Assembly (NCBI GenBank): GCA_052327205.1
Contig: CM126230.1
Coordinates: forward strand, 22,630,001-22,694,000
Reading direction: 5' to 3'
Length of the DNA: 64,000 nt
Source of the DNA: Somniosus microcephalus
Taxonomy: Eukaryota
Shown here: piece after piece, positions 52,916 to 64,000 of the stretch
Layout: the number at the start of each line of letters is the position of its first letter
Position numbering within the stretch: position 1 is the first letter of the stretch
Position numbers and translations under genes: made by a program
Notes under the pieces: model-generated
Told to the model about the DNA's origin: nothing
What the model saw: only the letters and a program-made list of their open reading frames with translations
Databases searched by the model: none

Positions 52916-52957
52916 TACACTTCACCCCGCCGGACTCAATTTTAAACAAGGGGTGAA

Positions 52958-53162
52958 TGTGGTAAACCACTGTTTGTATTCCACTGTGTACATGCCTCGG
53001 CTGACTCCTCCCACAAGTCCTAGTATAAAGGTGACTGCTCCCCAGCTCCTTTGTATTCTGGACCGGTCGACCACTCGAGGCAGACCTTCATTCTTTTGTT
53101 AATAAAAGCCTTTAGTTACTCTCTTAACTCTCAGTCTTTTATGAGTAATTGATAGCGCATCA
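52958..53162 (+). repeat. 3' LTR (205 bp)
   Basis: Near-identical to the 5' LTR; preceded by purine-rich AAACAAGGGGTGAA. Confidence 0.96.
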
Positions 53163-54312
53163 TGGATGAACCAAAGTTTCTGGAGGGTAGTGGCTAGGAG
53201 GCTGGCAAGAAGAGCAACAACATCAACTTGCATTTAAATAGCGCCTTTAATGCAGTAAAATGCCCCAAGGCGCTTCACTGAGTGGGAGGATTTAGTGGAT
53301 GGGCTGAGGTAGAGGTGGATACTAAATTGAACATCTGTCAAAGTCAAAACTTTGACTTAAGAAAAGTAAAGAACCAAATCTGTATCAATTTTGTAAAAGT
53401 GCTAAGATTATGAATTGCCTTAGTTAGTATCTCTATCTATATACACACACATTATAGTGTAAACACTAGCAGATATGGTGTTGCCTATGGCGAGTCAAAA
53501 AACAGCATTTTATAACAAAATAGAACACTTACAGGAAGTGTGCGTATATGCAATTCTTAATAGGTTACTTAATTTCCTCTACATAATTGAGAAGATACCA
53601 AAGTGTTTGCCACAGTCTTTCCCCTCACCCATCAGTTCCCTGTATCGCCTCCTTAAAATTATTTTGAACTTTCTCAGCCAGCTTCATACCTTCTTCATTC
53701 TTTCCTTTTTCTAAACCCTTCAAGCTTTTAAAACCCAAACGTGTCACCTGACCACCATTTCCTGATTTCCCTCATCTGCTCTTTTCCAGTCTTGGTGGTG
53801 TCCTGCATTATGGACCTTGGCCCTTCAATCAGTCTCGCAATAAAACCAAGCTCCTGATTAGATAAGCATTCTGACAGATCATATATCGTGCAGGGCTGAG
53901 CTTTTTGGATTGAGGTTTGAATTTTAATTGTTTTTAAAAGTTTAGATTCAAACTTGGCTTCATTCCATCTGAACTGGACCATCTGCTTGGGTCAACCTTT
54001 GTCCCCAGCAGTTTTGCAACCAAAGACGTAACAAGCCATCACTGGATTTTGAAAGTAGGAAACCACATTTACATCACTAGGTGAAGCAAAACTAAAAGCA
54101 AATTGTGAATAAATCAAAATGGTCAAGCAAAGATAAAACTGAGGAATGCAGGCCAGGTGCTTCAAGGTACTGCAAAAAGAAACACATGGGAAATAGAATT
54201 TTGTGAAAAATATAAAAAGTGTTAATAAAGTGGCTGATGGCTTGGCACCACTAAATGGGGCTACTCGTGGAAATGGACCTTCCGTAGGAAAGCGGACATT
54301 GAACCTCTTGTC

Positions 54313-54752
54313 GTAGAGTCATAGATTTATACAGTACAAAAGGAGGCCCTTTGGCCCATCATGTCCGCGCCGGCCATCAAGCCCTATCTATTCTAATCCC
54401 ATTTTCCAGCACTTGGTCCGTAGCCTTGTATGCTATGGCGTTTCAAGTGCTCATCTAAATGCTTCTTGAATGTTGTGAGGGTTCCTGCCTCTACCACCCT
54501 TTCAGGCAGTGAATTCCAGATTCCAACCACCCTCTGGGTGAAAAAGTTTTTCCTTAAATCCCCTCTAAACCGCTTGGCCATTAACTTGAAACTATGCCCC
54601 CTGATTATTGACCCCTCTACTAAGGGGAAAAGTTCCTTTCTATCTACCCTTATTATCTATGCTCCATATAATTTTGTACACCTCAATCAGGTCCCCCCTC
54701 AGCCTTCTCTGCTCTAAGGAAAACAACCCTAGCCTGTCCAGTCTCTCTTCAT
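54313..54752 (-). mobile_element. CR1 LINE 3' fragment
   Basis: KRFRGDLRKNFFTQRVVGIWNSLPERVVEAGTLTTFKKHLDEHL. Confidence 0.88.
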
Positions 54753-57450
54753 TGTATCCCAATGATCATGGCTCATGTCTATTTATTTCAGTAAGGTACT
54801 GGCAATGGTAGTCATGAAGGACGTTGGGGAAGAGAATCACTAACAAAAGACCCATTGGTCTGCACTCCGAGCTGAAGCAGGGTGGGAGAGAAATAACAAG
54901 AAATCAAAAAATGTGATGGACTTCTTTTAAGAAAACCGCTTTTAGCCTTCACTAACGTTGGACACATAAAGCAATGAGCCTCAATTGGCAGAACGTTAAG
55001 GTTTTTGCCTTCAGTCCCTGATAACGTGCACAGTTCTGACAGACAAACATTGTTCGTAGAGGTGGGAGAGGACAGCTGGTTGGCTGCACTCTGATAATTA
55101 AAATAGCGAGGACTTCGCATACTGGGAAAATGACCTTGGTTTACGTAGACCTAGCTGATACATGTTCAGGCAGAAACAATCTTTGCTTCTTTTGGTCAAT
55201 TCTAGATATTAAACGCAGTTGAATAGGGAACAGTCATCCAGCCAAAGAAAATCACTTTCCTTTTAAACTTTTGATCTGAATTTTGAGGGACCTCACAGCC
55301 CACCAAAGAAAACCCAGTCTTCACCTGACATCCACACACTTTTTTACTTTGAGCAGGGATTATTGGCTAGCAATTAGCTGACTTTCCCCTCCCCAACTCC
55401 GGGACATCGAGGCCAATTTTAGCACCCCCGTTGTCATCTTGAACTGAGATCAGCTTACGTGGTGCAGTCCGAGGATTGAACCTGGGGCATTCCTGGCCAG
55501 TGTGCCCGTTACTCAATAAACTCAACGAGCCATTAAGCAAGACTCCAAATTAGAGAATGATGGGAATGATACATTATAAGCCCTTTATAAACGAGGTGTG
55601 GTGGGACAACTGTTTTGTCTGATAACAAAAGATGGCAAGAGACCATTTGTGTTTTAAGGGGAAAAGCAGGTAAACATTTGAAGTTGGGCAAGGTACAGGG
55701 GCCATAGGGAGAATGGATGACAGTCTGATTAGTTTTTAACTGTTGTAGCAAAGAGATAGCACAGACACAAAAGACTGAATGGCCTCTATGTGCTGTAGAC
55801 CTCTATGGTTCTATGCTCCATTCCATTCATTTCCCAATGTTCAAAAAGGCAAACGGCAGGATTTGCACAGAAATACTGCAAATTAATTTCAAAAGTGTAT
55901 CAAAAAGCAGTCAACTCAAGTGTTTCTATTGCTCATCTCAGTAAGTACAGTCCATGCTTCTCTCAATCTGACAGTCATGGCCCCCCCCCCGCCCCCATGA
56001 GATTGTGACTGGGCAGCAAGCGTCTCACAGTAACTTCTGTCACCATGACCCATTATATGCCTTAATTCCAAAACCTTGAGTTACAACAATGCAAGTAAAA
56101 GTGTGGCATTAGTGTTTTTGTTTGGTTGCAAGCAAGAAATTCCTATTGACTAAGCTTTCATTACATTGCTGTTTATAGAGCAGCTTCTATAGGGCGGTCA
56201 GTACAGACTACATGAATGGCCCAATTCCCCTTTTTAGTAATTCACAGTTAAGTATTTGCTTTTTCCACAGTCTAATTTTTCTAACTTCCTTTAAATAGGA
56301 ATGCAATAATCAACATTTACTTCAAGATTTTGGCTTTGACTTTGCTGCAGTTTGTTGTATAAATGTGACAAGTCATGCAGAAATCGACTGTGCAACGGGA
56401 CCGATAAATACAGTAAAATGTGTAACCTGGGGAAAGGAGGTTGTTCTTTAGGATATGTACCACTGTGTGTTTTATTATAGCTTTGTAGAAACTGATTTAT
56501 GCTCGGAGTCAGAAGGTTGTGAGTTCAAGCCCCACGCCAGAAACTTGAGCTATAATCTAATCTGACACTACTGAGGGAGTGCTGCACTGTCAGAGATGCC
56601 ATCCTTTGAATGACTTGGGCCAAACAGCATCAGTACATATTTTTTGTGAATAAAATGGCACACAACCCTCCTATCTCTTAGCATGTGGGATGTGGGAGTA
56701 ATTTGCATATTTAGTGGAGATGGACTGGCATACCCGCTATACTCCAGACTTGGATGTCCCCACTGGGTCCCTGCTTCAGCATTGGATCAATGTTGTGGGC
56801 TCCCAACCTCCAAAACCAGAGTTATGCTGCATCAAGCAATTTCCATAGCGGGTTTCACTTAATGCACTACGGAATTAGCTGGCTGATCTGCCTTTGCCGT
56901 TATACTGCCACCTTAGTGTCTCCTTAGCTACGATGCTGAAGTTACAGTATAAACACTCCCGCCCTGTCCCAACCAAAAAGAAACTTCATTAAGACAGCCT
57001 TTAACAGCTGCCCATGAAACAGACGCTACTGCAGCAGACTCGATGCCACGGCAATTTAACAGCCTCGACACTTCCGAGAAACACACTTATTTGAAGATCC
57101 TGCTGTTTAGATTGCTCAGAGCACCTTGGCTGATCAATCTTTGTTTGCTATCATTAAACAAGCTGCTCTATCAACAAGCTGGTACCGTGCGTTCTGAATG
57201 CTTGACAACAGAAAGTCATCTGGTTGCAAAGTAGAAATGCCTGATAACACCTGCCTGTTAAATTGGTTGAAGATGCTGCCCGTGTTTTGTCTGTCTGGAT
57301 TAGTGACGCTCACTGAGGCAAATGTACATGAAACCTGCTATGAGGAAGCCTTGCTCGATCCCGGGTGAAACATCTTCAGCCAATTTTTAAACAAGGATTT
57401 TGAAACTGATGTATTGGGGGATGGGACAGTATTACTCTAGGTGTGGTCTC

Positions 57451-58030
57451 AGGGCGTTGGTGAGACCACACCTGGAGTACTGCGTACAGTTTTGGTCTCC
57501 TTAGTTAAGGAAGGATATACTTGCATTGGAGGCAGTTCAGAGAAGGTTCACGAGGTTGATTCCGGAGATGAAGGGGTTGTCTTATGAAGAAAGGTTGAGC
57601 AGGTTGGGCCTATACTCATTGGAGTTTAGAAGAATGAGAGGGGATCTTATTGAAACATACAAGATTCTGAGGGGGATTGACAGGGTAGATGCAGGGGGGA
57701 TGTTTCCCCTCGTTGGGGAATCTAGAACGAGGGGGCACAGCTTCCGAATAAGGGGTCGCCCATTTAAAACGGAGATGAGGAGGAATTTCTTCTCTGAGGG
57801 TCGTGAATCTTTGGAATTCTCCCCCAGAGAGCTGTGGAGGCTGGGTCATTGAATATATTCAAGGCTGAGATAGACAAGATATTTGAGCTACAGGGGAGTC
57901 AAGGGTTATGGGGAGCGGGCAGGGAAGTGGAGTTGAGGCCAAGATCAGATCAGCCATGATCTTATTGAATGGCGGAGCAGGCTCGAGGGACCGAATGGCC
58001 GACTCCTGCTCCTAGTTCTTATGTTCTTAT
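57451..58030 (+). mobile_element. CR1 LINE 3' fragment
   Basis: LEAVQRRFTRLIPEMKGLSYEERLSRLGLYSLEFRRMRGDLIETYKIL plus tail. Confidence 0.92.
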
Positions 58031-58556
58031 TGAAGGTGGGCAAGGATAGGGTTGCTGGGGAGCAGGCTGTGGTGTGGGATAGAATATGGACAGTGGAGAT
58101 TTGGGCAAATTGCAATTTGCAAAAGGTGAAACCAGGAAGGCCTGGAAGGAGCACGTTTGAGCAGTCTCGTCTGGAGGCGATAACAGGAACTCATGGGGAG
58201 GGTAGCAATAAGAATAGGTGATAAGTTTAGGTTCATGCTGTAGTTTTTAATGCTAAATCCACAATCTACCTTCACTTTCAGAAACCATGCACGGCATAAT
58301 CTATTCATGAAGAGCAGAGTTCTGATTGGGTAAATGCTGCACTCATTTAAAATGGTCAACAATATTAAGGCTTCAAATATATTTAAATAAAATTATCGGA
58401 GAAGACGTCTTTAAAGATACTGTGTGATTGAAACAGCAGTGCAAGGTCTCTGCTCTCTAATGAGGAACTGAGGTTAGGCAGATCCAGTGCAGGACTAGGC
58501 ATAGAGGCCATCCTTCCCTCCCCCTGTTTCCCCTGGTACAGTACATGCACACATTA

Positions 58557-59035
58557 CAGGTAGACTACCCTTTATCCGGACTTCCGAAAACCGAAACCCT
58601 CTAAAAACCGAAAGTTTTTTCGGTCAGCGTAAGTCGTGCGCATGACATGACCAGAGTGGCGCACGACTTACAGGCCTAGCCGGATAAGGGATAGTGTAGC
58701 ACTTTTCCGCACTTCTGAGAACCGAAATCGCTCAGCATAAGTGTACCAGCCTTTATCTGCACATCCGAAACCAGAAAACCTCTGAAAGCCGAAAGTGGAG
58801 CAAAGCATGACTTCTGAAAACCGAAATGCGCACGACCACGACCCCCGCCGACCCCCAAGCCGATTATTTATCCCACCCTTTCGGATAAGGGATAGTGTAT
58901 CCTTTATCCGCACTCCCGAAAACCGAATTACCTCTGAAAACAGAAGTGTTTTCGCGCACCTTCCGAAATCCGAAATTTTCCTAAAACCGAAACACGGCTG
59001 GTCCCGAGGTTTTCGGATAAAGGATAGTCTACCTG
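58557..59035. mobile_element. Tigger/pogo-like MITE with internal repeats
   Basis: TIRs CAGGTAGACTACCCTTTATCCG / CGGATAAAGGATAGTCTACCTG; TA left, CA right; repeated CCGAAAACCGAA and CGGATAAGGGATAGTGTA. Confidence 0.8.
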
Positions 59036-59538
59036 CATCGCTTAAGCATTGCATCTGTTCTGAGCACAGGGCTGCTGCAGTTAGCCAAGTGTTAAGAAAA
59101 TAATAAATAAACCCACTGTTGCAATATAATCTATATATAGATTATTGATCCATACAAAGCTGTGGTACAGTCACTGGAGGAACCAGTCTGGAACACCCAC
59201 CCATCTAAGTTTGTTCCATTACACATTGTGTAATTCCAATTAGGGATGAGAAAACCCCCATTGGAATCACACCAGATGGATATGTTTTGTGGCAACGGTG
59301 CATGTGGTTTCAAATGTGCAGGCAAATGATTTTATACCAAACCATTTTGCCATAGCCTGGAGCACTTTTCGATTTTGTGCATCCTAATTAAACAATTCCT
59401 TGAAATGCAAGGTCACATTTTTAACCAAATTGGTTCCTGCGCAGTTCCACTTACGCCTAATTCTGATGCTGAACTCTAACCTGGTTTCTCGCAAAACAGT
59501 TATGCCTGTAACTCGAGAGTTACGGGGCTTGTTATCAC

Positions 59539-60448
59539 CTTTTAATCCTGGTTTCGTACTCTGCCCTTTGTTTGGTCAGTTCTGACTTGAGCTCTGTGAC
59601 CAGACTCTGAAGTGCTTTCGAACATGTGGCAGAGTCATTCGATGCCGTAACCAAGTCACTGTTCTCGCTACAGCTCATACTGCTGATGCACACATCAAAC
59701 TGCTCAATCCTATTGCCATTCTCGACCCTCTGCGGCTCACCCCGTGGCTGGGTGATCTGCACCGGCCAGTCCACTTTCATGCAGTTGAGCACCGAAGAGT
59801 CACTCTCGTGGCAAACGGCGGAACTACTAGAGTCAACCACTGAAATCTCACAGGAGGAAGTTGACCACGTGGTACTAGCAATGCTCTGCCTGTCCCCAAC
59901 GCTCAAGGAAAGACTGGGTGATGGGACATTGTCATAAGTGGACAGGCGGGATGACCCTGTTTCTTTGACCCTGTCCCCGGATGAAGTCCTTCTGTGCCCT
60001 CGGAGTGAAGACAAGCCGTTCATCAGCCAATTCCCACTGGCTGTTAAATGTGGAATATCTAAAGTGGAGCCACCTAGTTTGACATTGCTAGCCCTTCCTC
60101 CAGTCTGTTTAAATGAGTATTTCCACCCGGGGAGTGTCTGCAGTCTTCTGCTTGGGCTGGTGTTGCTGGGAACCACTTTGTCGGCTCCCTCCTGAGATGC
60201 ATTTTTCGAAACGGTCACGGGGGTGCTAACGTTCACATCCAATGAGGTTGCGCTGTTGCAGAAGCTGCCCACTTGATTGTCAGTCTTTGTTTCTTCACAC
60301 TCTTCTTCAGACACCCACTCCACCAGGCAGCGCTTGCTCATCGGCCTCACTTCAGGCTGTGGGATCAGTATGTCACCGTGACTAATGGGGAACAGTCTAT
60401 CATGTTCACTGATCAACACGGTCATTAAGTGCTGCACCAGGGATGTAC
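59539..60448 (-). CDS. ARHGAP22: Rho GTPase-activating protein 22, penultimate coding exon
   Basis: aacAG|GT...AAAAG|GTGATA on - strand; 910 nt; GTSLVQHLMTVLI...GNWLMNGLSSLRGHRRTSSGDR...RLSTYDNVP...LVTELKSELTKQRAEYETRIKR; tail-to-tail MAPK8-ARHGAP22 arrangement matches the known vertebrate synteny. Confidence 0.93.
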
Positions 60449-60902
60449 CTGTTTGTACAGGGGGAAAAAGAAAATGACTTATTTTTACTGGACTATACAC
60501 AATAGAATTGAAAGGGGTTTGCAAGTTTAATTCATGATTGAACAAGGGCCCTTTATCACAAAAGCTAACAAAAGCATTCCTGAGACTTTGGTCAAAAGTG
60601 ATACAAGGGTTAATTCCATGCTCCCAATGGGAGTATCCTCACAGGGCATTTGGGTTGTTGAATTGGGACTACAACATTGTAGCTTTATCTAACTTCAAGC
60701 ATTACTTCCCCGCTGGGAGTGCAGGAAATATTTTAATACTTTATGCAGCTCATTTGGTGTGCATTAACACCATCTCTACCCTATTCCAAATAGATATAAA
60801 AACCTATCGCTAAACTTTATTAACCAGGAGGAACCTTTAAACGGAAACATATTTCCTCCCTTTCTTTCCCGAAGCTAACTTATGCCGAGAGTACGCTGCT
60901 AA

Positions 60903-61317
60903 GCAGCGCCTTGATTTCAGAATTTGCATCCTTGTTTTCAAATCCCTCCATGGCCTCGTCCCTCCCTATCTCTGTAATCTCTTTCAGCCCCACAAACCCC
61001 CGAGATATCTGCGCTCCTCTAATTCTGCCCTCTTGAGGAGCCCTGATTATAATCGCTCAACCTTTGGTGGTCGTGCCTTCTGTTGCCTAGGCCCTAAGCT
61101 CTGGAGTTCCCTGCCTAAACCTCTCCGCCTCACTACCTCTCTTTCCTCCTTTAAGACGCTCCTTAAAACCTACCTCTTTGACCAAGCCTTTGATCACCTG
61201 CCCTAATTTATCCTTATGTGGATCGGTGTCAAATTTTTTGTCTTAAAATACTCCTGTGCAGCGCCTTGGGATATTTTACTGCGTTAAAGGTGCTATATAA
61301 ATACAATTGTTGTTGTC
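60903..61317 (+). mobile_element. L2-type LINE 3' fragment, same family as 20075-20580
   Basis: Closely similar in sequence to 20156-20580. Confidence 0.85.
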
Positions 61318-61704
61318 GAGTATAGTGCCACTGGTTTTGGCAGCTCTACAGTATCTAACCCAACTTGCCATTCTTTGCCAGCCTAGACAATGAATGCCAA
61401 CAGGCTATTGACCATGGAGGGTATTGCCACTCAACCCAACCCTCCCCTTTTCAGCAGACATTATTGAACAATGTTCAGAAGCAGGACTTCTAGCTGAGTT
61501 TATTTTTCTTCCCACTTCCCACCCCCACCCACACCCCCAAACCCAAGGGCACTGAAGTCAGTTTTCACACCTAATTGGAAACAGTGAGCAGGATTGACAT
61601 TCATGAAACTGACATGATCGAGTTTCAGAAATTGACAGGGGGAAGGAAGTTAACATCAGTAGATAGATATCACACTGTGCAATATTAGCATATGAAAACA
61701 TTAA

Positions 61705-62400
61705 GGCCTGGAGTTTCCACATGATGATAGCGGAATCTGGAAGGAAAGGAATGAAATGAAATAGCACAAAAGATTTTAAGCGCCAGTGAGTTGCGCTCAT
61801 AACCACTTTATGTTGGAGTTTCCACGATCTTTTACACCATTTCAAATGTCCCTTCTCCAGAATAGTCCTCGCCCACAAAACTGCCCACGCCCTTGGTCGG
61901 AAAGGCGAGTTTCTGCCAATTGCACTCGATCGGGGGCATTAATCACACTGCGCCCAGAATCTTGGGCGCACGTGCACCCGTAGTCACATTAATCCATCGT
62001 TAATGACCAGCAGTCAATTGAAGCCGCACTCAGGTTTGTTTTGCATCCTGAAGCTGCATTAACTTTAAATTCAGTTTAACTTCATTCAAATTCAGTCAAA
62101 TTGATCTGCCCTTGGTACACAAGACCTGGGACATGTAGTCAATTGAAATAATTGATTGGCCTGTTTGTTCAGCTGCAGCACACACTTAATTCAGTCATCC
62201 AGGCCCCCTTGGCCATGTTCCAGTCAATAATCGATTATGATCGATAACACTGCTCGATCGCACTAATTCATGGGCGATTTTACGTTCAGGCATAAGTGAG
62301 CGGAAACTTGGGCATAACTCCACCCCGGCAAGACCGGCTCAGTGTCCAGTGCATTCTGGGCACATTCTACGGATTGCGCCCCTAGCAGAAACTCCAGGCC
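61705..62400. mobile_element. Non-autonomous DNA transposon (Harbinger-like)
   Basis: Perfect 13-bp TIR GGCCTGGAGTTTC / GAAACTCCAGGCC; flanks TAA and ATT. Confidence 0.6.
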
Positions 62401-64000
62401 ATTGTTTAAAATAAATGAATAAAGAACGCCACTAAAATAGCAAACAAAGGAATTTCGTATGAATGCATTAAGCATTCATCTCACTGGGATGCCTCGGGTA
62501 AAACTGCAGGTGAATTCAGGCTTGCTCACACAGTTAGGCTCCAAATCCTAGCCAGTTCCTACAGCTCTTGCTGTTCTTAAAAATGCACAGATAAAAACAA
62601 AGGATGGTAGGGTATTAGTGCTAATTCTTTAAAGTGGTTTGAACTTTAAAAGGAGGTTGATGATGAGTTCTGTAAATGTCACACAGTAATTTCGAAACCA
62701 CCATTAGCAACCATCCATTGTATTGATTATACCTTTTAAGCACTTTCCCACTATTTCGCTTGAAGATGCTGGCTCTTAGTGGCATACAGTTCCGTGTGTG
62801 TTACGTAAGCCTCAACAGTGGCAAGCTATTGTACTATGGGGGTGAGGGCAGCAGATCGCAACTGTGTCAGTTCCTGTCCTTATCCAACATCCACAAACTA
62901 GCAGTTAGCTGTAGTGCTCATTCGAAAGCTGGCTGATTTTACTCCACCCTAGATTAGGGATGCTCGTCGCTCCCTCACTGTCAGCCCTGCTGCGATCAGC
63001 CACCGCCGAATGGACCAGGGATTGCTGCAGAGGTCTTCCTGGTTTGGATTGCTCAGTTAACACTGGACAGTGCAAAAAATCATTGAGGACCACTGATTGT
63101 ACTCTTGAAAGATGGTGACAAGATTACATAGCACAGAAACAGGCCATTCGGCCCAACCAGTCCATGCCAGATGAGAACCAAACCCAAGCAGTTTACCCAA
63201 AGTGTCATTTCTTGTGCTCGGATAGTTGAATATGGATAGACTTTGTGCAACTTTCCCTGGTCGTCTTTATAATATATCCTCTCTAATCCCACCTGGCCCT
63301 CATAGGGATTTCGGAGTTGAGAGTTGGTGAGGGGCAAATAAAAGAGGGACGAGAGCTTCTTTAACTAAAATAAAAGGAAAGTGGACAAAAGAAGGCGGCA
63401 ATGACTCGAGCAAAAGGAAAGTAGAAAGCAAAGCCAGAGAAAGAAACACAGAGCGACCGTGGTAGGCAATAAAGGTCAGAGTGACAGTAAGCAGGATACA
63501 AAGAGAACCAGATTAATTGGAGTACTAAGTGAACAAGCATTATCCAGAGGGTACATTGCTCAGAATACTTCCTAATTAGCTAATCAAGTTTTCTTCCTTG
63601 TACAATATACAAATTTTCACAGCCAGCGACGTTTGAAAAGTGCTCACTGCCGAGGTGGCTGGCGTCAATTCTAGTAATCCAAGAGCATTCGGAATAGAAT
63701 TGGTTCTATTGCCAAGGATACTGCAGGGAGTTAGACTGATGACCAAGTTCTCAGATATCCAATAATTACATTAAAAATCTAACATCAAGCAAGCAGTGTC
63801 ATTCCATCATGTACATTTTTGATTTCAGCAGAAAAAAATAGGGTAAAATGGGTAATGGCGAGTCAGCAGCCCGTTCTACATCTCTCTCACTGACTTCAAT
63901 TAAAATAAAAATTGGGAGATATCTACCCCAGTGAGTGGCCCTAAAGGTCTAAAGTTAATATTCTGACTTTTATAAATTATAAATGACTTTTAAACCATTG

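Larger units (their letters stand above)
48839..53162 (+). mobile_element. Full-length Gypsy/Ty3 LTR retrotransposon (Mag-like), antisense within the last ARHGAP22 intron
   Basis: Two TG...CA LTRs, 5-bp TSD TGGAT (48834-48838, 53163-53167), gag-PR-RT-RH-IN order, PPT before the 3' LTR. Confidence 0.97.

Overview
Vertebrate genomic DNA, most likely a cartilaginous fish (shark-type Deu-SINE, CR1/L2 LINE tails, Penelope-like and MITE repeats). Two genes converge tail-to-tail. On the + strand is the 3' half of MAPK8/JNK1: coding exons 5564-28149, mutually exclusive exons 6a/6b with U12-type donors, and the p46/p54 tandem acceptor. On the - strand are the last two coding exons of ARHGAP22 (59539-60448, 47634-47859). 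The last ARHGAP22 intron holds a near-intact 4.3 kb Gypsy (Mag-like) LTR retrotransposon (48839-53162, TGGAT TSD). It has no tRNA PBS; instead it has a 14-nt perfect complement to its own LTR (candidate self-priming), a hairpin-masked PPT and a YLDN RT motif. Other highlights: a UGA-CUAG readthrough context at the JNK1-p54 stop, minimal hammerhead-ribozyme motifs flanking JNK1 exon 10, an inverted MITE pair in the last JNK1 intron, a >4.6 kb pyrimidine minisatellite running into a 500-N gap, and two +1 indels in JNK1 exons 9 and 10 that are probably assembly errors. Exon numbers are nominal (relative to 6a/6b). Repeat boundaries and family assignments were made by eye and are approximate.
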